A stretch of DNA of 64,000 bases from positions 13,740-77,739 of the forward strand of contig CAVZND010000014.1 of assembly GCA_963776545.1 (NCBI GenBank), read 5' to 3'. The position numbers were made by a program, and so were the translations under genes. How positions within the stretch are numbered: the first letter of the stretch is position 1; each line of letters opens with the position of its first letter. Positions 8,818 through 18,539 of this stretch are shown here, in pieces. The notes below the pieces were generated by a model, which saw nothing but the letters and a program-made list of their open reading frames with translations, was not told the origin of the DNA and searched no databases. This DNA comes from an uncultured Chloroflexia bacterium (GTDB lineage: Bacteria > Chloroflexota > Limnocylindria > Limnocylindrales > CSP1-4).

Positions 8818-10719
8818 TCACGCCGTCACGCCGATGCCGGCGTGCCGGACCCGGAGCCGGCGCACCAGCTCGGCCGCCTGCTCGTAGCGCCCGAAGCTGG
8901 GCATGATGTACGTCCCCGCGACGAGGTGGTCGACCTGGGCGAGCAGCGAGAGGCTCAGCTCGAGGCCGACCTCGGCGCCGCGGTCCCCGGCCTCGCGCAT
9001 CGCCGTCCGGGTCGCGTCGGGGATCGTGATGCCGGGCACCTCGTTGTGCAGGAACTCGGCGTGGCGGGTGCTCTGCAACGGCAGCACGCCGAGCAGCACC
9101 GGCAGCGGGAAGCCGCCCGGACCGAAGCGACGCCGGGCCTCGGTGTCCATCGCATCGACCTGGGCGAGGTCGTACAGCGGCTGGGTCATGATGAGATGGG
9201 CTCCGGCCGCGATCTTGCGCTCCAGGCGGTCCCACTCGGTCGCCGCGTCGGCCGCCGTCGGGTCGAGGGCGCAGGCGATCGTGAAGCCGGCAGGCGCGCC
9301 GATCGGGCTGCCCGCCCCGTCCTCGCCGCGGTTCAGGCGGGCGAGGACCTCGACGAGGCCGATCGAGTCGACGTCCCAGACGCCCGTCCCGGACGGGTAC
9401 TCGCCGATCCGCGGCGGATCGCCGGTCAGCGCCAGGATGTTGCGGACGCCCAGGGCGTGGGCGCCGAGCAGCTCGGACTCGATGGCCATCAGGTTCCGGT
9501 CGCGGGTCGTGAAATGGATGAGGCACTCGAGGTCGAGGTCGTGCTGGATGCCGAACGCGACGGCCATCGCGCCCATCCGGACGCGGGCCATCGCCGAGTC
9601 GCTGATGTTGACGAGGTCGACCCCGGCCGCCTGGAGCAGCCTGGCCGCCTCGATCGTCCGCTCGATCCGGATCGAGCGCGGCGGATCGATCTCGACCGAG
9701 ATGACGAACCGGCGGTCCTGGAGCGCGCGAAGGACGCCGGTCGGGGGCAGGGCGCTCGAGGTCTCGTCCGGGAGCGGGCCGACCGTCAGCGTGCTCGTCC
9801 GTCTCGGCATCGTGGCTGGCGTGGCATCGCTCCCCGGCGCCAGCGCGTCGAGCGCGGTCCGCATCGCCCGGATGTGGTCCGGGGTCGTCCCGCAGCAGCC
9901 GCCCACGATGGCCGCCCCGGCATCGACGAACCGGGCCGTCATCGCGGCCAGGTAGTCGGGCGCTGCGGCGTAGACGAACTGGCCCTCGATCCGCTGTGGA
10001 AGCCCGGCGTTCGGGATGATCGCCCGGCCGGTCCCGCCCATGCCGGTCAGGGCGTCGAGGCAGCCCTGCGGCCCCGCGCCGCAGTTCACCCCGACCACGT
10101 CGACATGCATGCCGTCGAGGAGCTGCGCGGCCCCGAATGGGAGCGTGCCGTCCGGCAACTCGACGTCCTCGCCGAAGGTCAGCATCGCGATGATCGGCAG
10201 GTCCGCGGACGCCTCGCGAGCTTCCTCGATGGCGATGGCAAGGTGGCCGAGCAGGGAGAACGTCTCGAACTGGAAGAGGTCGACGCCGCCCTCGAGCAGG
10301 CCGTCGATGGTCTCGCGGAACGCCGCTCGCACGGCCGCATCCCCCAGTCGGAGGACGTCCGGGGTCGGGCCGCCGAGCGGACCGATCGACCCTGCGACCA
10401 GGACCTCCCGGCCGGCGACGTCGCGTGCCTCGCGGGCGATCTGCGCGCCGCGCCGGGCGAACCGACCGGCCTGGTCCGCGAGGCCATGGGGCGCCAGCCG
10501 GACCCGGTTCGCCCCGAAGGTCGCGGTCTCGATGAGGTCGGCGCCGGCGTCGAGGTATTCGCGGTGGATGGCGCCGATCAGGTCCGGGCGGGTGGCGACC
10601 AGCTCATCGAGATTCGCCCGTTGCGGGATGCCACGCGAGAACAGGAGCGTGCCCATGGCCCCGTCCGCGAGGATCGGCCCGGCAGCCAGCCGTTCCCGCA
10701 GGCGCGTTCGTGCGTCCAT
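8818..10719 (-). CDS. yitJ: bifunctional homocysteine S-methyltransferase / 5,10-methylenetetrahydrofolate reductase (YitJ-like)
   Basis: N-terminal Hcy-binding S-methyltransferase domain followed by an MTHFR TIM-barrel; 633 aa. Confidence 0.85.
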   Translation of the reverse strand: MDARTRLRERLAAGPILADGAMGTLLFSRGIPQRANLDELVATRPDLIGAIHREYLDAGADLIETATFGANRVRLAPHGLADQAGRFARRGAQIAREARDVAGREVLVAGSIGPLGGPTPDVLRLGDAAVRAAFRETIDGLLEGGVDLFQFETFSLLGHLAIAIEEAREASADLPIIAMLTFGEDVELPDGTLPFGAAQLLDGMHVDVVGVNCGAGPQGCLDALTGMGGTGRAIIPNAGLPQRIEGQFVYAAAPDYLAAMTARFVDAGAAIVGGCCGTTPDHIRAMRTALDALAPGSDATPATMPRRTSTLTVGPLPDETSSALPPTGVLRALQDRRFVISVEIDPPRSIRIERTIEAARLLQAAGVDLVNISDSAMARVRMGAMAVAFGIQHDLDLECLIHFTTRDRNLMAIESELLGAHALGVRNILALTGDPPRIGEYPSGTGVWDVDSIGLVEVLARLNRGEDGAGSPIGAPAGFTIACALDPTAADAATEWDRLERKIAAGAHLIMTQPLYDLAQVDAMDTEARRRFGPGGFPLPVLLGVLPLQSTRHAEFLHNEVPGITIPDATRTAMREAGDRGAEVGLELSLSLLAQVDHLVAGTYIMPSFGRYEQAAELVRRLRVRHAGIGVTA

Positions 10720-10747
10720 CGCGGCACAGCGTACCGTGCCGTCCGCG

Positions 10748-11827
10748 CTAGATGGTCCCGCGTCGCCGCCCGAGCGTGAGCGTGCCGTCCGGGCCGAGCA
10801 GGACCTGCGGCGGCCGTGGACGGCCGTTATAGGTGGAGCCGAGCGAGGTCGCGTAAGCGCCGGCGTCGGCGATGGCCACGAGATCGCCCCGGCGGAGGGG
10901 CGGCAGGTCGTGCGTGCCGAGCGCGTCGGTCGATTCGCAGATGGGCCCTTCGACGCGGGTCGGCTCGATGGGGCCCGGCCGTTGCGTCAGCGCCCGGATC
11001 GGGTGGCGTGCGCCGTAGAGGGCCGGCCGGATCAACTCGGTCATGCCGGCATCGAGGATGACCTGGCGGCCGCCGCGGTCCCGGACGTGAAGGACGCGCG
11101 CGACGAGCCAGCCGGCCCGGGCGACGAGCGCCCGCCCGGGTTCGATGGCCAGGCGCGTCGGCCGGCGGTCGGCCGGGATCGCGTCGAGGAGCGCCGGCAG
11201 CTCACGCGCGAACCGCTCGGGCGCCGGCGAGGGCTCGCCCAGCGGCCGGACGGGAAAGCCGCCGCCCAAGTCGACCGTGTCGAAGGTCTCGATCGTGCCT
11301 TGCCACAGCGCCGCGAGGGCGAGCGCCTTGCGGACGCCGTCGCGCCAGGCATCGACCGCCCCGAGCTGCGACCCGACGTGGAGGTGGATGCCGCGCGGCC
11401 GGAGGACCGGACCCGCGGTCTCGATCGCCTCGCCGATCTCCGACTCGGTCATGCCGAACTTCGAGCCGCCCGCGCCGACCGCAAGGCCGGCGAGCGTCTC
11501 GGGTGCGACATCGGGATTGACCCGATAGAGGACGTCGATCGGTGGCGCGGCCACTCGCCGGGCGAGGCGCGCCAGCGCTGCGGCCTCGTCGACCGACTCG
11601 AGAGCCACCCAGGCCAGTGGGGCGCCGTCCACGGCCGCTCGGACCGCGGCGCCGAGATCGGCCTGGGTCTTGCCGATCCCCTCCAGCGAGATCCGATCGT
11701 TCGGCACGCCGGCTCGCCGCGCCAGCGTCCATTCGCCGCGCGACACGACGTTCGCCCCGAACCCGCGCGCGGCGACGGCCGCGATCACCGCCGGGACGTC
11801 GTTGGCCTTGACCGAGTACTGCCGCAC
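10748..11827 (-). CDS. lysA: diaminopimelate decarboxylase (PLP, fold III)
   Basis: YSVKAN PLP-lysine motif and EPGR/ESTD motifs. Conserved N-terminal residues continue upstream of the GTG at 11827 with no canonical start. Confidence 0.8.
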   Translation of the reverse strand: MRQYSVKANDVPAVIAAVAARGFGANVVSRGEWTLARRAGVPNDRISLEGIGKTQADLGAAVRAAVDGAPLAWVALESVDEAAALARLARRVAAPPIDVLYRVNPDVAPETLAGLAVGAGGSKFGMTESEIGEAIETAGPVLRPRGIHLHVGSQLGAVDAWRDGVRKALALAALWQGTIETFDTVDLGGGFPVRPLGEPSPAPERFARELPALLDAIPADRRPTRLAIEPGRALVARAGWLVARVLHVRDRGGRQVILDAGMTELIRPALYGARHPIRALTQRPGPIEPTRVEGPICESTDALGTHDLPPLRRGDLVAIADAGAYATSLGSTYNGRPRPPQVLLGPDGTLTLGRRRGTI

Positions 11828-11963
11828 GATCGGGTCCGGGAACGCGTCGCGGACGGCCAGGGCCGCCGCCTCGAGCGTCTCGAGGTCGGTGACGAAGAGC
11901 GGCGTCCCGTAGCGCCGCGCGGCCGCGCGCAGCGCTACGGCGATCTCGGGCAGCCGGTCGGAC

Positions 11964-12353
11964 TCAGGCAGCAGGGACGACCGCGCCGATGACGGTGTTG
12001 ACGATGCTCAACACGATCGAACCGATGACCGCGGCGACCACGGCGTCCACGCCGAAGGTCGGCGGGAAGCCGCCGACGGTGAGGTCGAACTTGGCGAAGT
12101 CGGCGATCAGGGCGGTCAGTAGCAGCAAGCCGGCGTTGATGACGAACCCGATCAGCCCCATCGTCAGCAGCGAAAGTGGCGTCGCGACCACCTTGATGGC
12201 CGGTCCGATCATGCCGTTGACGACGCCGAAGATCGCGGCGATCACCAGGAGGCCCACGGGCGCGCCTTCGTACGAGACGTATTCCGGCAGGAACTGCGTC
12301 AGGATGTAGAAGGCGATGGCCGTGACGATGGTCCCGGCGACGAATTTCCTCAT
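11964..12353 (-). CDS. phage holin family (4-TM) membrane protein
   Basis: ATG at 12353 with a GGAGGA RBS. Paralogous to the N-terminus of the 2002..4140 protein. Confidence 0.7.
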   Translation of the reverse strand: MRKFVAGTIVTAIAFYILTQFLPEYVSYEGAPVGLLVIAAIFGVVNGMIGPAIKVVATPLSLLTMGLIGFVINAGLLLLTALIADFAKFDLTVGGFPPTFGVDAVVAAVIGSIVLSIVNTVIGAVVPAA

Positions 12354-14043
12354 CCGGCGTCCTCCGAGCGATGGACCACCTCGCCGCCGACGACGGTCAG
12401 CGCGACCTTCGTGCCCAGGATGGACGATGGCCCTCCCGCGAGGATATCGCGGTCGAGTACCGCGATATCGGCGTCCATGCCGGCCTTCACCGTGCCGCGC
12501 CGTTCTTCCGCGAACGCTGCGTAGGCGGAACCATGTCCGTACGCGGACAGGGCCTCGGGCAGCGGCAGCTTCTCGCTCGGCAGCCAGCCGCCGACGGGCG
12601 ACCCGTTGCTCGTCTGGCGGTTGACGGCCGCATGCAGCGCCCGGATCGGATCGAATGGGACGACGTTCCAGTCCGAGCCGAACGCGAGGACCCCGCCCGC
12701 TCGCCGGATCGACGCCCAGTTCCACGCCTGACTCGCCCGGTCCGGGCCCACCTTCCCGGCCCAGACGTCGGTCTGGTTTGGGGACGGATCGGCGTGGAAG
12801 GGCTGCATCGATGCGATGACCCCGAGGCGCCCGAACCGATCGACGTCAGCGCGATCGACCATCTCCGCGTGCTCGACGCGATGCCGCCGGCCACGAGCCG
12901 GCGGGGGATTGACGCTCGCTGCATGCTCGAACGCGTCGAGGCTCATCCGCACACCGGCGTCGCCGATAGCGTGCAACTGGACCTGCCAGCCCCGACGGTC
13001 GGCCTCGGCGACGAACGCGTGGAGTTGCCCGGCGTCCCATTCCGGACGTCCGACCGAGGTGTCGTCGACGTATGGCGCCAGCATCGCCGCGGTCCGCGCC
13101 TCGATGACGCCGTCGGCGAAGCCCTTCAGGATCCCGGCGTCCAGCCACGATCCGCCACGCAGGTCCCCGACGAGCGTCTCGTAGCGCTCGAGGGTCGTGC
13201 GCCACTCGTCGAGCGACCCGCCGGGGCGCATCGGTAGGGCGATCCGCGAGCGCAGGCGCAGCGAGCCGTCCTCGAGCAGGCGACGCCAGAGCGCGACCTC
13301 GTCGGGCTCGATCCCGGCGTCCTGCACGGACGTGATCCCGGCCGCGTGCAGGTCGGTGATGACCCGGCGCGCCGCCCCGAGGACCTCGTCCGTCGACGGC
13401 CGTGGCAGGACGTCGGTCAGCAGGTCCTGGGCGCTCTCTTTCAGGACGCCCGTCGGTTCCCCGGTCGTCGGGTCCCGGACGATCTCGCCGCCGGGCGGGT
13501 CGGGCGTGTCGCGGTCGATCCCCACGGCACGGAGAGCCAGCGTGTTGACCCAGCCGGTATGCCCGTCATAGCAATCCATGTAGGACGGCCGATCCGGGAC
13601 GGCTCGATCCAGCTGCTCCCGTATCGGCAGACCCCCGGGGAACGCCATGTACATCCAGCCGCGACCGAGGACCCAGGCAGCGTCCCGGGTCGCCCGGGCA
13701 TGGGCACCGATGGCCGCCTGGATCGCCTCGACCGACTCGAGCTGGAACAGGTCGACGCGACCGATGTCCTCTTCGACGCTGCTCAACAGGTGGAAGTGGG
13801 CATCGTCGAAACCGGCCGTGATGAGGCCGCCGCGGGCGTCGACGACCGTGGTCGACGGGCCGTGCCAGTCCCGTCTCGCTTCCTCGTCCCGACCGATCCA
13901 GGCGATCCGATCGCCGACCACCGCCACGGCCGTCGGTGTCGCGATCGGCCGTGGCCCGATGTCCGAGCCATACGGACCGAGCTGGCCCGGTCCGAACGCC
14001 TCGAAGACGCGACCGCCGACGATCAGCAGGTCGGCTGCCGGGC
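12350..14043 (-). CDS. amidohydrolase family protein (Amidohydro_3 metal-dependent hydrolase)
   Basis: LLIVGGRV…GFDDAHFHLL metal-binding region and a C-terminal DADIAVLD motif. The 782-aa track ORF is over-extended; the real start is near 14040. Confidence 0.75.
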
Positions 14044-14640
14044 TCACCAGGCCAGGCCAGCCTGCAGGTGCGCCTTGACCGCGGGCCACTCGGGCGCGAT
14101 GACGCTGAAGTAGGCCGAGTCGCGAAGCGAGCCGTCGGGCATGATCATGTGCTGGCGGAAGACCCCCTCGAACGTCGCGCCGATCCCCGCGAGCGCGGTG
14201 CGCGAGCGCTCGTTCTGGTTGTGCGTCTTGAACTCGACCCGGTTGGCCCCGAGCGTCTCGAACGCATGGGTGAGCTGGAGCAGCTTCGCCTCGCGGTTCG
14301 CGCCGGTCCGCTGGAACGGGGTGCCGACCCAGGTCCAGCCGATCTCCAGGCGCTTGTGCTCGGGCACGATCGACATGAAGCGCGTGCTGCCGATCGCCCG
14401 CCCCGACGTCCGGTCGATGGTCACGAACGGCCGCTCCGTGCCTGCCTCGGCGTTGGCGATGGCGGTGTCGAGCCACCGGCGCAGGCCGGCGTCGTCCTGT
14501 GGGCCCATGATCGTCCAGCGCCAGAGTGCGGGGTCGAAGGCGACCCGCATCAGGTCGTCGAGGTGGCGCGCCTCGAGCGGTTCGAGTCGGACGCGCTGAC
14601 CCTCGAGGACCACCGGCTCGACCCACGTCTGCGACGGCAT
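14044..14640 (-). CDS. GNAT family N-acetyltransferase (RimL-like)
   Basis: ATG at 14640. C-terminal 199 aa of the track ORF. Confidence 0.75.
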   Translation of the reverse strand: MPSQTWVEPVVLEGQRVRLEPLEARHLDDLMRVAFDPALWRWTIMGPQDDAGLRRWLDTAIANAEAGTERPFVTIDRTSGRAIGSTRFMSIVPEHKRLEIGWTWVGTPFQRTGANREAKLLQLTHAFETLGANRVEFKTHNQNERSRTALAGIGATFEGVFRQHMIMPDGSLRDSAYFSVIAPEWPAVKAHLQAGLAW

Positions 14641-14712
14641 GCCGCGATGGTACCGGCCGGGCGCCGACCCGGGGTCCGCCGTGGTCCGACCCGCCCATGT
14701 ACGCTTCGGTCG

Positions 14713-15150
14713 ATGAACCGAGGTCTCACCGTCGAGCAGCTCGACGGTCTTCTCGACGAGCAGCACCTCGCGACCCTTGCCACGTTCCGCCAGGACGGCA
14801 GCGTCCTCCAGTCCCCGCTCTGGTACGTCTGGGAGGACGGTGGCTTCACGCTCGCGATGGCCGCGACGGACGGCAAGCTCAAGCACATCGCGCGGGACCC
14901 GCGGGTCACGATCGTGGTCGCGGAGGATGCCCTGCCGTACCGCGGGTTCGAGGTCCGCGGGCTCGCCCAGCTGACGGATCGCCCATATCCACCCACCATC
15001 CGACGCATCGCCCGACGGTATGTCGGCGCGAAGGGGGAGTCCTTCTACGCGGACAGTCACGAGGGCGTCGTGGTCCGGGTCGAGCCGGGCGAGGCCCGCG
15101 GCTGGGATTTCCGCGACGATCTCGGGGCGATGGGGGTGTGGCACCCGTGA
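14713..15150 (+). CDS. pyridoxamine 5'-phosphate oxidase family protein (PPOX-class, likely F420-dependent)
   Basis: ATG at 14713, 145 aa. Convergent with the GNAT gene. Confidence 0.75.
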   Translation: MNRGLTVEQLDGLLDEQHLATLATFRQDGSVLQSPLWYVWEDGGFTLAMAATDGKLKHIARDPRVTIVVAEDALPYRGFEVRGLAQLTDRPYPPTIRRIARRYVGAKGESFYADSHEGVVVRVEPGEARGWDFRDDLGAMGVWHP

Positions 15151-16899
15151 CCGCGTTCGACGAGACCTTCCGGGCGTTCCTCGACGACCTGTTCCGGCTT
15201 TATCCGGTCACCGCGACGGCGATCGGCGACCATCGGTTCGACGGCGCGTGGTCCGACGCGACCGACGCCGGCCGCCAGGAGCGCCTCGCCGCCCTCGACC
15301 GCTGGCAGGCGGCCTTCGAAGGCCTGGGCGAGCTCACGCCGGACGAAGCGATCGATCGCGATCTGATCCTGGGCGAGATCGACGCCTCGCGCTTCGCCGA
15401 GGCGGAGCTGCGCGAGGACACCTGGAACCCGCTCGAGTGGGTCTACGTGATCGGCGCGGGCCTGTTCACGCTCATCGCCCGGGCGTTCGCCCCCTTGGCT
15501 GATCGGCTGGCGTCGGTGGCGAGCCGGCTCGAGCGCCTGCCGGCGGTGTTCGACGGGGCCCGGGTGGCCCTGGTCGGCGTCGATGGTCGCCCGGTCGGGC
15601 GGTTCCAGACCGAGACGGCGCTCAAGCAGCTGCCCGGGATCGGGGCGTTGATCGACGACGCACTCGCCGAGGCCGACGCACACGCCGACGATCCGGCCGT
15701 GAGCGCAGTCACGCCACGGTTGCGGGCCGCGGCCGACACAGCCAGGGCGGCCATCGCCGCGTTCGAGACGCACCTGCGGGAGGTCGTCCTGCCAGCGAGC
15801 GACGGCGAGGCCCGGCTCGGGACCGGAGCTCTTCGCCCGGAAGATGCGCCACACGATGCGCTCCGCCGACCTGACGCCCGAGCGGATCCTGGCCGCGGCG
15901 GAGCGGGAGTACGTCGCCGTCCGGGCCGAGATGGTCCGCCTGGCCGGCGAGATGTGGTCGACGTGGGTGCCGGACCGGGCACGCCCCGACGACGACGGCG
16001 CATTGGTCCGCGGCGTACTGGACGCCATCGCGGCCGATCACCCGGCGGCCGACGAGCTCCTCGACTGGTGTCGCGAAGAGACCGCCCGGATCGAGGCCTT
16101 CTGCACGGAACGGGGACTGATCGGGATGGCCGACGAGCCGCTCGACATCCAGTGGACGCCGGTCTTCCTGCGCGCCTTCGGGGGCGCGATGCTTTCGTCG
16201 CCGGGACCGCTCGACAAGGGCCAGAAGGCGTTCTTCGCCATCACGCCGATGCCCGACGACTGGACGCCGGAGCAGCGCGAGTCGTACCTGCGCGAGGACA
16301 ACGCCCGGATGCTGCGCCTCCTGTGCATCCATGAGGCCATCCCGGGGCACTACCTGCAGGGGGCCTATGCGAACCGGAATCCCTCGCTGCCGCGGGCCAT
16401 CTTCGCGAGCGGCCTGTTCGCCGAGGGCTGGGCCGTCTACGTGACCCAGGTCATGATGGACGTCGGGTACGGCGCGGACGATCCGGCGCTCCTGCTCACC
16501 CATTGGAAGTACTACCTGCGCTCGACCACCAACGCGATCATCGACGCCCGGATCCAGGCCGGCGACATGGACGGCGAGGCGGCCGTCCGGCTCATGGTCG
16601 ACGGCGGGTTCCAGGAAGAGGCGGAGGCGCGCGCCAAGTACGACCGGGCGCGCCTGTCATCCACCCAGCTCTCGACGTATTTCGCCGGTTCGCTCGAGAT
16701 GTGGGACATCGAGCGCGAGGTGCGCCGCCGGGCGGCCATCGCCTCGGGCGACCCGCGCGGCGCCGACGCCGTGCCCGAGCCGCGCGTGGTCGGGGGCTTC
16801 GGCGAGACGCCCGGGTTCGTCTACCGGCGCCACCTCGAGTCGGTCATCGGCCAGGGCTCGCCGCCGACGTCGCTCCTCAGGCGCATCCTCCTGGGCTAG
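15147..16899 (+). CDS. DUF885 family protein; apparent +1 frameshift
   Basis: GTG start overlaps the PPOX stop (GTGA). N-terminal half is in the 14526 frame, C-terminal half in the 15844 frame. Junction near 15822 (…RLGPELFARKMRHT… restored by removing one A). Confidence 0.65.
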
Positions 16900-16909
16900 C
16901 CGGCCGGCC

Positions 16910-18268
16910 TCACCGGCCGACCGCCCGCGCCGTCATCTCGAGCGCCTCCACCTCCGCCTCGTAGATCGCCCCGAGGCGTGCCCCCAGGTCGGCGAGGATG
17001 GCCTCGACCCGCTCCGGCGGTAGCGGGAACGCGTCGGCGTACCGATCGCGGATCGCCCAGGCGGTGGCACCAGCGGCGCGGGCTCGGGCGCGGCCCGGCT
17101 CGCCGGCCATGACCGCCTCGTGCAGCTGCTCGACGGCCTCCACGGCGTCGGCGGCACCATCCAGGTCGGGTGGGACCGCCGCATCGGCGAGCTCCTCCCA
17201 CAGGTCGGCGGCGCTCCGCCAGGCTTGCGCGGCATCGCCGAGCGCGGGGTTCTCCAGCGCGCCGGCCGCCTCGTCGAGCGATGTCGCGTACAGCTCGCGC
17301 AGATGTCCGCCCCACGGACCGACGTCGCCGTCGACGCTTTCGAGCAGGCGCAGCAGCGAGTCGAACAGGCCGTGACCGTCGGCGAAGACCTTCGGCCATG
17401 CCTTGGCGTTGCGGGTGTCGGTCATGAGCCGGCTCCACTTGCGCCACGCGGGCAGTGAGAACGAGTCGGATGGCGATCGGAGGTGGTCCACCTGGTCCTC
17501 CAGGCCGGCCCGCATGGCGGCCCGCAGCCGGTCCGCCGGGATCGGCCCCGGAGCGGTCCGCAGGCTGACCATCCGGTGCTTGTAGGAGCCGATGCGGCCA
17601 CGGGCCGCGGCCATGACCTCCGGTGGGATCCGAAGGGGCGCCTGGCCGCGGTCGTCCACGGCGTATGAGCCGTCGGGTTCGCGGCCCGTGATGACCACCG
17701 TGTGGCCGCAGTAGCCCCACAGGGCGTCCGGCAGGCCCCACGTGTCGATCCCCCTGAGGTCGACGGACGCGATGACGTACGCGCCGGCGTCGAGGCGCGC
17801 GTCGAGTGCGGCCTGCGCGGCCCTGGCCCCGCCCGTCTCGTGCCGGTCAGCCTCGATGCCGAGCCGCTCGAGCGTCTTGCCCGTCCAGCCGGGGATCCAC
17901 GGGTACTGCCACTGGTTCTGGAAGCCGAGGGTCAGGATGGGGCCTTGGCGGCCCTTGAACTCCCAGAGGATGTAGCCGGCCCCCAGGCCGCCGCCGATGC
18001 CGAAGATGGCGGCCTCGCTGAGGGGCTTCCCGGTCAACCCCGAGACGACGCCCTGGTTCGCGAGGACGTTGGCGAGCGTCGCCGTCTCCGGGTGGTGGCC
18101 GCCGCGCATCCGGTAGGCAGCGCCGCCGCTGCCGGGACCGTTCGACGCGCCTGGATCGGGCGCCGGGTCGGCGGAAGCGAGCAGGCTCCGCCGCGCCGCG
18201 GCATACCGTTCGCCGGTCTTCGCCATGCGCGCGCGGACGACCCGCTTGAAGGCCTTGTCGGTGGTCAT
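16910..18268 (-). CDS. BtrH N-terminal domain / DUF4872-containing protein
   Basis: 452 aa. ~50-aa basic N-terminal extension precedes the BtrH_N-like region. Confidence 0.6.
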   Translation of the reverse strand: MTTDKAFKRVVRARMAKTGERYAAARRSLLASADPAPDPGASNGPGSGGAAYRMRGGHHPETATLANVLANQGVVSGLTGKPLSEAAIFGIGGGLGAGYILWEFKGRQGPILTLGFQNQWQYPWIPGWTGKTLERLGIEADRHETGGARAAQAALDARLDAGAYVIASVDLRGIDTWGLPDALWGYCGHTVVITGREPDGSYAVDDRGQAPLRIPPEVMAAARGRIGSYKHRMVSLRTAPGPIPADRLRAAMRAGLEDQVDHLRSPSDSFSLPAWRKWSRLMTDTRNAKAWPKVFADGHGLFDSLLRLLESVDGDVGPWGGHLRELYATSLDEAAGALENPALGDAAQAWRSAADLWEELADAAVPPDLDGAADAVEAVEQLHEAVMAGEPGRARARAAGATAWAIRDRYADAFPLPPERVEAILADLGARLGAIYEAEVEALEMTARAVGR

Positions 18269-18539
18269 CGGTCAGTCTCCGTCACGGCCGTCGACGCTCG
18301 CGCCCACGCCGCCGCGCCGTCGGCCGGTCGGATGGTCGACCGGTTCGTCCCGAGGATCCGGATCCCCTTTACCGCCGCAACGCCGGGCCGCGTGGGGGCT
18401 CGGTCTGGCAGTCGGGCGCGGGAGGCGCCGTCTCTAGTGTACGACGCCTCGGAATCGGGTCGCCAGCCGCGTGAAGCGCAGGTGGATCGGCAGGATCAGG
18501 ATCCAGAGCGCCTCCGCGGCGGCCGGGGCAGCTGTTCGT

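Noticed and set aside
8686-10779. 697-aa plus-strand ORF antisense to the yitJ-like gene, and similar long ORFs such as 5578..8415+, 18471..21695+, 27951..30341- and 23666..25024+
   Set aside because: They overlap well-supported genes with recognisable domains on the other strand or in another frame. Their translations are Arg/Pro/Gly-rich low-complexity strings typical of stop-codon-poor GC-rich DNA.
14044-14698. N-terminal extension of the 782-aa amidohydrolase ORF (12350..14698), and the upstream halves of the 14044..15144 and 55331..57916 ORFs
   Set aside because: The extensions overlap the neighbouring GNAT, PPOX and kinase genes and lack domain content. The real genes start at internal ATG/GTG codons with RBS-like sequences.
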